The notes under the pieces are model-generated. The model saw only the letters and a list, made by a program, of their open reading frames with translations. It searched no databases and was not told where the DNA came from. Below, one piece after another: positions 46,062 to 57,039 of a DNA stretch of 64,000 bases; the stretch's first letter is position 1, and every line of letters starts with the position of its first letter. The stretch covers positions 32,001 to 96,000 of the forward strand of contig CAVYZN010000002.1 in assembly GCA_963773065.1 (NCBI GenBank), given 5' to 3'. The position numbers and the translations under genes were made by a program. This DNA is from an uncultured Gammaproteobacteria bacterium (lineage in GTDB: Bacteria > Pseudomonadota > Gammaproteobacteria > UBA9214).

Positions 46062-48331
46062 AACCCAATCGTAAACTGGAAGTTCTGCACATTATCACCC
46101 TGCTTTGCGTTCAGCGGGAACCCTAAACTTATCGCGAGCGGGCCCATCGGCGATATCCACAATCCCGACACGCCGACCGAATAGCGCAGCTCCTTGGCAT
46201 CGAAGCTCCCGAAGTCCGAATAGACATTGCCGATATCGAGGAAGGTGCCCAGCCGGAACGATTTACTGTCCTCCATGAACGGCAGGGGGAACAGGACCTC
46301 CGTACCGCCGACGAGCAGGACACTGCCGCCGATGGGGTTACCCTTCGAGTCGGTCGGCCCCAGGGTGTTATCTTCAAAGCCGCGTACCGAACGCACCCCG
46401 CCGGCAAAGTAATTATCGAAAAACGGCAGGTTGTTATAGTCACCATAACCGTCGCCGTAGCCCAGCTCGGCGTGCATGGACAGTGTCAGGCTCTTGGTCA
46501 ATGGCACATAGCGCCGCTGCTGATAATCCAGCTTGTAGTACTCAAGGTCGGAGCCCGGCACGGCAAGCTCGGTGGAGAAGCTCTGCAGCCCGCCATCATC
46601 GGCCAGTATCGCTTTGTTGCGCGTATCATGGGCCCAGCTTCCGGTCAACGTGAGCGTATTGTAATCGCTGCCGTGCTGGTTGATGAAGTCTATGACTTCG
46701 TTCGGCGAATCATTGGTCTGATTGAGCCTGAGATTCTCTAATTCCGGTGAAAAGCGTACGGTGTCGAACTCGTTTATCGGTATGCCATAATTGACATTGC
46801 CGCCGTAGGTGTCGGTAGTGTAGCTGGAAACATTCGCCTGGTCGGCGTCGGTTTTCTTGTAGAACAGCCCGAAGCCGCGGCTGATCCCGTCAATGGTGTA
46901 ATAAGGATCGGTGTAATAGAAATTGTATACCGTCGTCACCTTACTGTTGTTGAAAGCAAAGCTGACGCGTTTGCCGCTGCCGAGGAAATTGTCCTGTGAT
47001 ATGCTCGCGTTGAACAGGATACCCGAGGTCTGCGAGTAACCCGCGCCCGCGGTGATGCTCCCGGAAGACTTTTCCGTCACCGAGTAATTGACATCGACCT
47101 GATCCGTGGTGCCGGGTACCGCCGGCGTTTCCACATTGACGTCCTCGAAAAACCCCAACTTTTGCAGGCGGGCGCGGGAACGCTCCACCTTCTCCGCCGA
47201 AAACCAGCCGGCTTCCATCTGCCGCATTTCACGGCGCAGGACCTCGTCGCGGGTGACAATATTTCCCTTCACGTTCACCCGCCGTACATAGACCCGTTTC
47301 CCGGGGTCGACGATAAACGCGAGGCTGACCTCCCTGTTTGTCTCATTCACATCCGGCACGGTGTTGACATTGGCGAAGGCGTAGCCCTGGTCACCCAGTT
47401 TGGCGCTGATGCGGTCAACCGCTTCCGTGACCCGCTTGCGCGAGAAAACATCGCCCGGATTGATCATGACCAGAGGAAACAACTCCTGCGGCTTCAGCAC
47501 CAGTTCACCGGACAAGGTGACTTCCTTGATCCTGTACTGCTCTCCCTCGCTGATATTGATCGTAATATAAATGTCCTTCTTGTCGGGCGTGATCGACACC
47601 TGTGTCGAGATGATGTTGAAATTCAGGTAACCCCGGTCGAGATAGAAGGAGCGCAGGATTTCCAGGTCCGCCGAGAGTTTCTGTTTTGAATACTGGTCAT
47701 TCTTGGTTATGAAGGAAAAGAAGGAAGGGGTATCCAGGGTGAAACCCTTGCGCAGTTCCTTGTCGGTAAACTTGTGGTTGCCGACTATGTTGATCTGCTT
47801 GATCCGGGCGACATCGCCTTCCGATATGTCGATCAATATCCCGACGCGGTTGCGCTCCAGCGGGGTGATGGTCGTGTCGATCCGGACCGCGTATTTCCCG
47901 CGGCTGAAATATTGCCGTCGCAGTTCCTGTTCAACCTTGTCGAGCAGGGAGCGGTCAAATACCCGCCCCTCGGCCAGGCCGATATCCTTAAGCCCCTCGA
48001 GCAGCTTATCCGTTTCCAGATCCTTGTTGCCGGTAATCTTGATGCTGCTGATCGCCGCGCGTTCCTTGACATACACAACCAGGACGCCGCCGTCTCTTTC
48101 CAGGTGTATGTCGCTGAAAAACCCCGTCTTGAACAGCGCCTTGACCGCGGTGACCGAGTCCTGGGTGTCTACCGTATCGCCGACCTTTATGGGCAGGTAG
48201 TTGAACACCGTGCCCGGAGAGATGCGCTGCAGGCCTTCGACGCGGATGTCGGTAACCTCAAAGGTCTCGAATGCCCGGGCCGTACCGCACAGCGACAGGG
48301 TCAGCAACACTATCCGGATAAAGACTCTCAT
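46058..48331 (-). CDS. bamA: Outer membrane protein assembly factor BamA
   Basis: POTRA domains, SVRGF, SPMGPL, FQFTIG. Confidence 0.97.
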   Translation of the reverse strand: MRVFIRIVLLTLSLCGTARAFETFEVTDIRVEGLQRISPGTVFNYLPIKVGDTVDTQDSVTAVKALFKTGFFSDIHLERDGGVLVVYVKERAAISSIKITGNKDLETDKLLEGLKDIGLAEGRVFDRSLLDKVEQELRRQYFSRGKYAVRIDTTITPLERNRVGILIDISEGDVARIKQINIVGNHKFTDKELRKGFTLDTPSFFSFITKNDQYSKQKLSADLEILRSFYLDRGYLNFNIISTQVSITPDKKDIYITINISEGEQYRIKEVTLSGELVLKPQELFPLVMINPGDVFSRKRVTEAVDRISAKLGDQGYAFANVNTVPDVNETNREVSLAFIVDPGKRVYVRRVNVKGNIVTRDEVLRREMRQMEAGWFSAEKVERSRARLQKLGFFEDVNVETPAVPGTTDQVDVNYSVTEKSSGSITAGAGYSQTSGILFNASISQDNFLGSGKRVSFAFNNSKVTTVYNFYYTDPYYTIDGISRGFGLFYKKTDADQANVSSYTTDTYGGNVNYGIPINEFDTVRFSPELENLRLNQTNDSPNEVIDFINQHGSDYNTLTLTGSWAHDTRNKAILADDGGLQSFSTELAVPGSDLEYYKLDYQQRRYVPLTKSLTLSMHAELGYGDGYGDYNNLPFFDNYFAGGVRSVRGFEDNTLGPTDSKGNPIGGSVLLVGGTEVLFPLPFMEDSKSFRLGTFLDIGNVYSDFGSFDAKELRYSVGVSGLWISPMGPLAISLGFPLNAKQGDNVQNFQFTIGL

Positions 48332-48362
48332 GACAGGTGCACGTATCGAAACCGTAGCGACA

Positions 48363-49733
48363 TCATGCGAACAAACGCGCCAGATCGTTATAAAATGCCA
48401 GCGACATCAGCATCAGCAGAATGATGATTCCAATCCGCTGACCGAGAAGCTGGGCCGATTCGGAAACCGGGCTCCCTTTCACCAGTTCAATCAGGTAATA
48501 CAACAGGTGTCCGCCATCGAGTACCGGCACGGGCAGCAGGTTCAGCACGGCCAGGCTGACACTGACGATGGCCAGAAATCCCAGAAATGCGGAGAATCCG
48601 AGTGCGGCTGACTGACCTGCGTAGCGGGCAATGCTGATAGGTCCGCTCAAGTTCTCGATCGACGCCCTACCGGTGACCATTTTCCATAATGTCCGCAGCG
48701 TCAGTGCCGTCATTTCCCAGGTCTTCCCGAGAGCCACCGGCATGGCCCCGATGAGGCCGTAGCGCACGACGACGCGCATTGTAGCATGCTGTTCATCATC
48801 CTGAAGCCGGACATAAGCGCCGATACGGCCGACCGTCGCGCCCTCATCCTCGACCCCATCCGGCGTCAGGCTGAAATTCACCAGGGCGTCGCCGCGCCTG
48901 ACCTGTACGGCAATGGTGCGCCCTGGCCGGGCGCGGACGTATTCAACCCACTGGTTCCAGTCCGTGACGGCCGCGCCATCGGCGGTCACCACCACATCTC
49001 CCGCCAGCATGCCGGCCCGTTCCGCCGGACTTCCCGGCTCAAGCCGGTCGATCACGGGCGGATAGACCGGGCGCCAGGGTTTTATGCCGAAATTCTCCAG
49101 CAAGTCGCCCTTGCCCAGCAGCCGCGTCGATTCATCCAGCGTGACCCGCAGTTCCCTGTCGTGTCCGTCGGCATCCCGCACGCTGACCGGAAACGATGCC
49201 GGCGCATCCAGCCCGGCATCCAGCAGCGCCAGCACGGCGGATTCCCAACTGGGTGTCGGCTTGCCCTGGATCGCCAGTACCTCATCACCCGCCGCGAACC
49301 CAGCCGTTTCCGCATAGCTCGATGGGATCACCTCGCCGATGACCGGGCGCATCCCGGGAACGCCGCTGACATACATGATCCAGTAGGCGAGGATGGCGAA
49401 CAGGAAATTGAATACCGGACCGGCGGCGACCACGGCGCCGCGCGTGGCGAGGGGCTGGCGGTTGAAGGCACGGTGCAGTTCGCTCGCGGCGACTTCGCCC
49501 TCCCGCTCATCCAGCATTTTCACATAACCCCCGAGCGGCACCGCGGCGATGACCAGTTCGGTTCCGTCTCGACCCAAACGGCGGCGCCAGAGCGGCCGGC
49601 CGAAACCGATGGAAAACCGCAGGACCTTGACCCCCAGCTTCCGGGCAACCCAGAAATGACCGAATTCATGGACGGTGACGAGTATCCCGATGGCGACGAT
49701 AAACGCGGTAACGGAAATGATCAGACTGTTCAT
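48363..49733 (-). CDS. rseP: RIP metalloprotease RseP
   Basis: HEFGH, two PDZ domains, [11 protein letters not shown]. Confidence 0.96.
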   Translation of the reverse strand: MNSLIISVTAFIVAIGILVTVHEFGHFWVARKLGVKVLRFSIGFGRPLWRRRLGRDGTELVIAAVPLGGYVKMLDEREGEVAASELHRAFNRQPLATRGAVVAAGPVFNFLFAILAYWIMYVSGVPGMRPVIGEVIPSSYAETAGFAAGDEVLAIQGKPTPSWESAVLALLDAGLDAPASFPVSVRDADGHDRELRVTLDESTRLLGKGDLLENFGIKPWRPVYPPVIDRLEPGSPAERAGMLAGDVVVTADGAAVTDWNQWVEYVRARPGRTIAVQVRRGDALVNFSLTPDGVEDEGATVGRIGAYVRLQDDEQHATMRVVVRYGLIGAMPVALGKTWEMTALTLRTLWKMVTGRASIENLSGPISIARYAGQSAALGFSAFLGFLAIVSVSLAVLNLLPVPVLDGGHLLYYLIELVKGSPVSESAQLLGQRIGIIILLMLMSLAFYNDLARLFA

Positions 49734-50939
49734 GGCGCGGTCATGCCGATACCGGAGGTAATACAGTGCATCGCCCACTCCCGCGCCAGGACGTCGTCCT
49801 CGATAACCTCCGCCAGCGTGGCGGCCGCATGCGCGGCGCACTGGTTCAGGGCATATTCGATGACGCGGGGAATGGAGGTAAACGCTATCCGTCGCTCCAG
49901 GAAAGCCTGCACGGCGATCTCGTTGGCGGCATTGAGGATGGCCGGCGCCGTGCCTCCGGTTCGCCACGCCTGATCGGCCAGCGCGAGGCAGGGGAAGCGG
50001 CGCGGGTCCGGTTGCTCGAATTGCAGCATCCCGATAGCCGCCAGGTCCAGCGGTTTCGCGCCGGACTCGATCCGTTCCGGCCATCCCAGGGCATGGCTGA
50101 TCGGTATGCGCATGTCCGGATTCCCCAGTTGGGCCAGCACGGAGCCGTCCTGATATTCCACCAGGGAGTGCAGGATGCTCTGTGGATGCAGGAGCACGCT
50201 GATGCTATCAATCGGCAGATCGAACAGCCACCCCGCCTCGATCACTTCCAGGCCCTTGTTCATCATGGTGGCCGAATCAACGGAAATCTTGCGCCCCATG
50301 TCCCAGTTGGGATGGGCGCAAGCCTGTTCCGGCGTTACCGCGGCCAGCTTGTTGATCGGCGTGGTTCTGAACGGCCCGCCCGAGGCGGTCAGCATGATGC
50401 TCTTCACGCCGCGCGGCGTTTGCCCGGTCGCATAGTTATCCGGCATGCACTGCAGCAGCGCATTGTGTTCACTGTCGATGGGCAGCAGGGTCGGCGTGGT
50501 TATCCCTGACGGCCTGCATGAACAAGGCGCCCGACATGACCAGCGCTTCCTTGTTCGCCAGCAACACGCGCTTTCCCTTGCTCGCCGCGGCCAGGGTCGG
50601 CAGCAGCCCGGCCGACCCGACGATGGCGGACATCACGTAGTCCGCTTCCGCCAGGCCCGCGACCTCGGCAAGCGCCTCATGGCCTCCCAGCACCCGGGTA
50701 TCCGGGGCGCGGATTTTCAGCACCGTTTGCAGACGCTCCGCGGCCGACGGGTCGGCCATGACGGCGAAGCGGGGCTGGAATCGCTCGCATTCCCGCGCCA
50801 GGGCATCGACATCGGTATGCGCCGTGAGGGCGACCACCCGGAAGCGGTCGGGATGGCGGGCGACGACATCCAGGGTGCTAAGGCCGATCGAACCGGTCGC
50901 GCCCAATATGGTGATGCCCGCGGGTTGCTTGTCTGTCAT
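49730..50939 (-). CDS. dxr: DXP reductoisomerase (frameshift near 50495)
   Basis: [44 protein letters not shown]. Confidence 0.94.
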
Positions 50940-51014
50940 GGTTGTTCCGGATACGGACCGATCAACGCCGGACGGGGCGCCGCCTGTGGCACGGGGATTC
51001 CGAATCGCTACGGG

Positions 51015-51833
51015 TCACAGTCCGAACCACAGCATGCCGAGGAGAAACAGGGGGGCGGCCGCCGTCAGACTGTCGATCCGGTCCAGTATCCCGCCATGTC
51101 CCGGGATGATGTGGCTGCTGTCCTTGATGCCGGCCTGACGTTTCATCAGGCTTTCCAGCAAATCGCCCACGATCGAAAACATCACCGCCAGCAGCGCGAC
51201 CAGCGCCAGCGCCAGCGTCCAGCCGAGTGAACGGCTGTACCAATAGCCGGCCAGCAGGGCGCAGATCACGCTGGTCAGAATACCGCCCAGCGCGCCCTCC
51301 CAGGTCTTGCCCGGGCTGATCACCGGCGCGAGCCGGGTGCGTCCCCAGCGATGTCCCGCAAAATAGGCGCCGCTGTCCGCCAGCCAGACCAATACCAGCA
51401 AGGCCAGACTGATCACGGGGCCGTGCTCCTCGCGCGCGTGCAGCGCAACGAATGACGCCCAGGACGGCAGCATCACCAGGACACCGGCGATGCCTTTCAG
51501 CAAACGCACCCCGCGTGTCGGCTGCACACCGAATCCGGGGCGTGTCAACCAGTACAGCACCGCCAGCCACCAGATAAACGCCAGCAGCAACAACGGTTCG
51601 ATGACCCTGTCCAAGGGCGCCGCCCACACCAGCGCCATGAGCGCGGCAACTCCCACCGGGTAGGCGATGCGCGCCGCCCCGGAGCCCAGCGGAATCATTC
51701 CGCCCCATTCCCACAGTCCGACGCCCATGACCAGCGCCAGCATCAGCGCGATGCCAGCGGTGGGAAGATAGAGAACACCACCCACGACGAGCGGCACCAG
51801 GATCGCAGCCGAGGCCAGGCGAGTCTTAAGCAC
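51015..51833 (-). CDS. cdsA: Phosphatidate cytidylyltransferase
   Basis: ISPGKTWEG, KDSSHIIPGHGGILDRIDS. Confidence 0.96.
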   Translation of the reverse strand: MLKTRLASAAILVPLVVGGVLYLPTAGIALMLALVMGVGLWEWGGMIPLGSGAARIAYPVGVAALMALVWAAPLDRVIEPLLLLAFIWWLAVLYWLTRPGFGVQPTRGVRLLKGIAGVLVMLPSWASFVALHAREEHGPVISLALLVLVWLADSGAYFAGHRWGRTRLAPVISPGKTWEGALGGILTSVICALLAGYWYSRSLGWTLALALVALLAVMFSIVGDLLESLMKRQAGIKDSSHIIPGHGGILDRIDSLTAAAPLFLLGMLWFGL

Positions 51834-52586
51834 CCTTCAGTTGCTCCACCTGTTCTCCGGTGCGGCCGAAGCGGCGCTGCCGGCTGGCGTAGGATCGCAG
51901 AGCGTCATCGAGCGCCTTCTCATCGAAGGACGGCCAGAGTATCTCGGTAAAATACAGCTCCGTATAGGCCAGTTGCCACAGCAGGAAGTTGCTGATGCGC
52001 TGTTCCCCGCCGGTGCGGATGAAGAGATCGGGCTCGGGCAGATCCGACAGGGACATCTCGCCGCCGATCATCTCGACCGTAATGTCTTCGGGCCTGACTT
52101 CACCCGACGGCAACGCTCCGGGCGAGCGCGCGCAAGGCCTGGGTTATATCCCAGTGGCCGCCGTAGTTTGCGGCGACCACCAGGTTCAATCCCTCGTTGC
52201 GCACGGTCCGCGCTTCCGCCTGGGCGATCTGCTCGCGCAGGTCATCGGGAAAGGCGCCGCGATCACCGATGAAACGTATGCGCACACCGTTCCTGTGCAG
52301 GGTTTCGACCTCTTTCTTCAGGGTGCGGATGAAGAGGTCCATCAGCCACCCGACCTCCTCGCTCGGACGTCGCCAGTTCTCGCTGCTGAAGGCAAACAGG
52401 GTCAGCACCCTGATGCCCTTGTTGCGACACGCCTCGACGATGCGTCTGACCGCTTTGACGCCCTCCCGATGTCCGACATACCGCGGCACCATGCGCGCAT
52501 GTGGCCCAGCGGCCATTACCGTCCATGATGATGGCGATATGCTGCGGCAACGCGGTTGTCTTGTCAGGCATATTCAACGAATCCAT
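51826..52586 (-). CDS. uppS: Undecaprenyl diphosphate synthase (two frameshifts)
   Basis: HIAIIMDGNGRW, FSSENWRRP, RTGGEQRISNFLLWQ in three frames. Confidence 0.92.
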
Positions 52587-52622
52587 GACGGACGTAGCGA
52601 TCGCGAGCACCGGCGCCGGTCG

Positions 52623-53180
52623 CTAGATCTCCATCAGTTCGGCTTCTTTCTCCGCCAGGACCTTGTCGACGTCGGCCACCGACCTGTCGGTGATATGCTG
52701 TATATCCTCCGATGCCTTGCGTTCCTCGTCCTCGGAAATCTCCTTTTCCTTGAGCAGAGCCTTCAGTTCAGTGAGCGCGTCACGCCGGATATTGCGGATC
52801 GCGACCTTTGCCGCCTCCGCATCGTGACGCACGTGCTTCACCAGATCGCGCCGGGTCTCCTCGGTAAGCGGCGGCATCGGGATGCGGATTACCGTGCCGG
52901 CGCTTGCCGGGTTGAGTCCGAGATCAGACTTCATGATCGCCTTCTCGATGACCTGTACCATCTGCTTTTCCCAGGGTGTAATCATCAGGGTGCGCGCATC
53001 CTCCACTCCCAGTTTCGCCACCTGTGAAATCGGGACCTGGCTGCCGTAATAATCAACCATCAGGTGATCCAGCAGACCGGGATGCGCCCGTCCGGTACGC
53101 ACCTTTCCGAACGCTTGCTTCAGCGCCTCGATGCTTTTAACCATGCGCTGTCTGGCGTCTTTTTTGATGCTTTCTATCAT
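52623..53180 (-). CDS. frr: Ribosome recycling factor
   Basis: [25 protein letters not shown]. Confidence 0.97.
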   Translation of the reverse strand: MIESIKKDARQRMVKSIEALKQAFGKVRTGRAHPGLLDHLMVDYYGSQVPISQVAKLGVEDARTLMITPWEKQMVQVIEKAIMKSDLGLNPASAGTVIRIPMPPLTEETRRDLVKHVRHDAEAAKVAIRNIRRDALTELKALLKEKEISEDEERKASEDIQHITDRSVADVDKVLAEKEAELMEI

Positions 53181-53896
53181 CCCGAGATCTCCCGCTCTAC
53201 CAGTGTTCCGACATCCTCGCCTGCGACTATCCTGCCCAAGTGGCCCGGTCCGAAAATATTGAATACCCGAACCGGCATATTGTGCTCGCTGCACAAAACG
53301 AGCGCGGTGGCATCCATGACGGCGAGCTTGCGTCCCAGCGCCTCATCGAAGGTAAGCCGGTCAAACAGGGTCGCATCCTTGTTCTTCAACGGATCCGCCG
53401 AGTACACGCCATCCACCTTGGTCGCCTTGAGCATGATGTCGGCGCCGATTTCGATGGCGCGCAGGCTCGCGGCGGAGTCCGTCGTGAAAAACGGGTTTCC
53501 CGTCCCGGCGGCAAAGATCACGATGCGGCCCTTTTCGAGGTGCCGCATCGCCCGGCCCCGAATATAGGGTTCGCACACCTGGTTTATCCTCAGCGCCGAC
53601 ATGACGCGGCAGCCGGCGCCGGCCTTTTCCAGGGCATCCTGCAGGGCGAGGGCATTGATCACCGTCGCCAGCATGCCCATATAATCACCCCTCACCCGGT
53701 CCATGCCGCGTGAGGCCATCCCGGCGCCGCGGACGATATTACCACCGCCGATGACCAGACCGATCTGGACCCCCGAGGCATTGACCGCCTGGATCTCTCC
53801 CGCGATGCGCTGGATGACATCCGGGTCGATACCATGATCGCATCCCCCCATCAGGGCTTCACCACTTAGCTTCAACAGTAAACGACGGTAGCGCAT
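53177..53896 (-). CDS. pyrH: UMP kinase
   Basis: [24 protein letters not shown]. Confidence 0.97.
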   Translation of the reverse strand: MRYRRLLLKLSGEALMGGCDHGIDPDVIQRIAGEIQAVNASGVQIGLVIGGGNIVRGAGMASRGMDRVRGDYMGMLATVINALALQDALEKAGAGCRVMSALRINQVCEPYIRGRAMRHLEKGRIVIFAAGTGNPFFTTDSAASLRAIEIGADIMLKATKVDGVYSADPLKNKDATLFDRLTFDEALGRKLAVMDATALVLCSEHNMPVRVFNIFGPGHLGRIVAGEDVGTLVEREISG

Positions 53897-53994
53897 TTCA
53901 AGTGTTTACCTTGTTTATCATAACGATACATTGATTACCCCACGCGGCGGAGAGCGCGCCACATTGTCTTACTTTTCAACCCTGATTGCCACAG

Positions 53995-54049
53995 CTCATC
54001 GCTCCCGCGCTTCCCTGCGCTCCGCGATGTACCTACGTCCCTGTAGGCA
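53995..54049 (-). repeat. Fragment related to the nested insert of element copy A
   Basis: Minus strand CTACAGGGACGTA..CAGGGAAGCGC resembles 8708-8735 CTACAGGGACGTCACAGGGAAGTGC. Confidence 0.5.
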
Positions 54050-54050
54050 T

Positions 54051-54075
54051 AAAAAAGGGTCGACATTCGACCCTC
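54051..54075 (-). terminator. Rho-independent terminator after tsf
   Basis: Stem AGGGTCGA-3 nt-TCGACCCT followed by T tract on the minus strand. Confidence 0.75.
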
Positions 54076-54129
54076 TTGATTGACGCAGGCAGCCTGACAC
54101 GTATCATCGCAGGATGGTCTTGCCCCGTA

Positions 54130-55018
54130 TCAGCCGCCCTTGATCTGGGCCATCACCTCATCGGCAAAGTTTTCCGTCTTCTTCTCGATGCCCTCGCCCA
54201 GTTCCATGCGCTCGAAACCCGCGACGCCGGCGCCGGCGCTCTTGAGCAACTGACCGACCGTCTGGTCGGGGTCCTTGACGAACGGCTGATTCATCAGGGT
54301 GATCTCGGCGAGGAATTTCCTGATGCGCCCGTCCACCATCTTTTCGATGATATTCGCCGGCTTGCCGCTCGCCTCCGCCTGCGCCGAGAAGATCTCGCGT
54401 TCCTTGTCGATGATATCCCGGGGCACTTGCGCCTCGGTGAGGTACTGCGGCTTGCTGGCGGCGATATGCATGGCGATATCACGGGCCAGATCCGCATCGC
54501 CGCCCTGCAGTTCAACCAGTACGCCGATACGAACGCCATGCTGGTAATGCGCCAGCGTGCCTTTCGTGGCGTCACGCCTGACAAAACGGCGGACATTGAT
54601 ATTCTCGCCGATCGCGGCAATCAGCGTTTTCCTGGCCAGTTCGATGGTGGCGTCCTGCCCCGTCATGCAGCGGCATCGCCAGCAGGGCGTCGATATCGGC
54701 CGGTTTACCGGCCAGGACGCGTCGTGCGATGGCGCTCGCGAAGTCCTGGAATTCCTGCTTCTTGGCGACGAAGTCGGTCTCGCAGTTGACCTCGACCAGG
54801 GCCGCCGAGCGGCCGTCAGCGCTCATCTCGATGGCGATCAGGCCTTCCGCGGCCACGCGCCCGGCCTTTTTGTCGGCCTTCGCCAGACCGGTCTTGCGCA
54901 GCATCTCGATTGCCGCTTCCATGTCACCGCCGGCATCGACCAGCGCCGTCTTGCATTCCATCATTCCGGAACCGGTGCGCTCGCGCAGTTCCTTCACTTG
55001 CGCCGCTGTTATCGCCAT
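54130..55018 (-). CDS. tsf: Elongation factor Ts (frameshift near 54665)
   Basis: [35 protein letters not shown]. Confidence 0.95.
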
Positions 55019-55090
55019 CGTGTAAAACCTCGTCTCTTGAATTTCTCAGTTATTCTGGCCAGTTATTCTGGCCGGGTGCCGCAGGGTCGA

Positions 55091-56017
55091 TTACGCCGCA
55101 CTGTCGTCCCGGGATATTTCGGCTGGTTCCGCGGCGGGGCTCTCGGGTTCTTCCTGATCGGGCGTTTCCTCGTCGACGGATTCCTCGCCCTTGCGGTGGA
55201 CCGCCTTTTTCTTCACCGTGACCTTTTTCGCCGTCTTCTTATGCGCGGGGGCCCTGGCTGTCTTCTTCGGCGAGGCGCTACCCTTCTCATCGAGTTCTAC
55301 AAACTCGTCCTCCGTATCCGGTGTGATCCTGGCGATGTTCAGGCGGCCCGTTTCCACGGCGTTCGCGGCGCCTTCCACATAGAGTTGGATCGCGCGTATG
55401 GCATCATCATTGCCCGGGATCACATAATCGACGCCTCCGATGGAATTGTTCGTATCGACCACGCCGACAACCGGGATGCCGAGTTTGACCGCCTCGCTCA
55501 CGGCGATCTTTTCGTAGCCGACATCGATCACAAACATGGCATCGGGAATCCCGTTCATGTCCTTGATGCCGCCGAGACTGCGATCGAGCTTTTCCTTTTC
55601 CCGCTGCAGCATCAATCCTTCGCGTTTGCTCAGCCGTTCGAAGGAGCCGTCGTCTTGCATGGTTTCGAGATGCTTGAGGCGCTTGATCGACTGGCGCACG
55701 GTTTTGTAGTTCGTCAGCATGCCGCCGAGCCAGCGATGATTGACATAGGGCATGCCGCAGCGGGCGGCATGTTCCTGAATGGCGGCCTGCGCCGAACGCT
55801 TGGTGCCGACGAACAGCACGGTGCCACCGTTGGCCACCAGGCTGCCGATGTAATTCATCGCGGCATTGAACAGCGGCAGCGTTTTTTCGAGGTTGACGAT
55901 GTGTATCTTGCCGCGCTCGCCGAAGATATAGGGGGCCATCTTCGGGTTCCAGTAGCGGGTCTGATGACCGAAATGCACGCCAGCCTCTAGCATCTGGCGC
56001 ATGGTGACATTTGCCAT
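55091..56017 (-). CDS. rpsB: 30S ribosomal protein S2
   Basis: [34 protein letters not shown]; long charged tail. Confidence 0.98.
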   Translation of the reverse strand: MANVTMRQMLEAGVHFGHQTRYWNPKMAPYIFGERGKIHIVNLEKTLPLFNAAMNYIGSLVANGGTVLFVGTKRSAQAAIQEHAARCGMPYVNHRWLGGMLTNYKTVRQSIKRLKHLETMQDDGSFERLSKREGLMLQREKEKLDRSLGGIKDMNGIPDAMFVIDVGYEKIAVSEAVKLGIPVVGVVDTNNSIGGVDYVIPGNDDAIRAIQLYVEGAANAVETGRLNIARITPDTEDEFVELDEKGSASPKKTARAPAHKKTAKKVTVKKKAVHRKGEESVDEETPDQEEPESPAAEPAEISRDDSAA

Positions 56018-56032
56018 AAGGTATACTCCGGT

Positions 56033-56130
56033 TTCGGGTTAAGCCTCCATGTACCCCATGACGGCAACCCGGCCACCGCTGTCAACGAGACCCGGGCACC
56101 CTGCCGCATGTGCCGGTACATGTGTGAATT
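56033..56130 (-). ncRNA. t44/tff rpsB 5' leader RNA
   Basis: CACACATGTACCGGCACATG..GGGTGCC..GGGGTACATGGAGGCTTAACCC directly upstream of rpsB. Confidence 0.85.
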
Positions 56131-56259
56131 TGGTTGAGGCTTGCCAGGCAGCCGAATGAGACTGCTTAACAAGCCGGCCTTTATACCATACACTCCCTCC
56201 TCCGGCAATTGCCCTGAACAACCCACTGTCGCGTTCGACCCCGGGAAACAGGTGGTTAT

Positions 56260-57028
56260 ATGGCCGTCACCATCAAGACATCAGCGGAGATCGAGAAAAT
56301 GCGCTTGGCCGGCCGTCTGGCGGGCGAGGTGCTGCGCATGATCCGGCCCCTATGTCGTTCCCGGGGTCAGCACCGAGGAGCTGGACCGGATCTGCCATGA
56401 CTACATCGTCAACCAGCAGCAGGCCATACCGGCGCCCCTGAATTACCGCGGTTTCCCGAAATCCATCTGCACCTCCGTGAACCACGTCGTCTGTCACGGC
56501 ATCCCGAGCGAAAAGGTGCTGAGGAAAGGCGACATGGTGAACATCGACATCACCGTCATCAAGGATGGCTTTCACGGCGACACCAGCAAGATGTTTTTCG
56601 CCGGCGAACCCTCCGTGGCCGCCCTGCGGCTTGCCCGTATCAGCCACGAGTGTCTGGTGCGCGGGATTGAGATGGTCAGACCCGGCGTACGCCTGGGCGA
56701 CATCGGACAGGCCATCCAGGAACATGCCGAGGCGAACCACTGTTCGATCGTGCGCGAATACTGCGGACATGGCATCGGGCGTGAATTCCACGAGGACCCG
56801 CAGGTACTGCACTACGGCACGGCCGGTACCGGCATGGCGCTGGAGACCGGCATGACGTTCACCATCGAGCCCATGGTCAACGCCGGCAAACGCCATACCA
56901 AACTGCTCCCGGACGGCTGGACGGTGGTCACCAAGGACCACAGCCTGTCCGCCCAGTGGGAACACACGATCCTGGTCACGGAAGACGGACACGAGATACT
57001 CACCTGTCTGCCCGGTGACGAGATTTAA
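56260..57028 (+). CDS. map: Methionine aminopeptidase type I (frameshift near 56345)
   Basis: SICTSVNHVVCHGIP, GHGIG..FHEDP, TIEPM, SAQWEHT. Confidence 0.94.
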
Positions 57029-57039
57029 CCACCGCGCCC

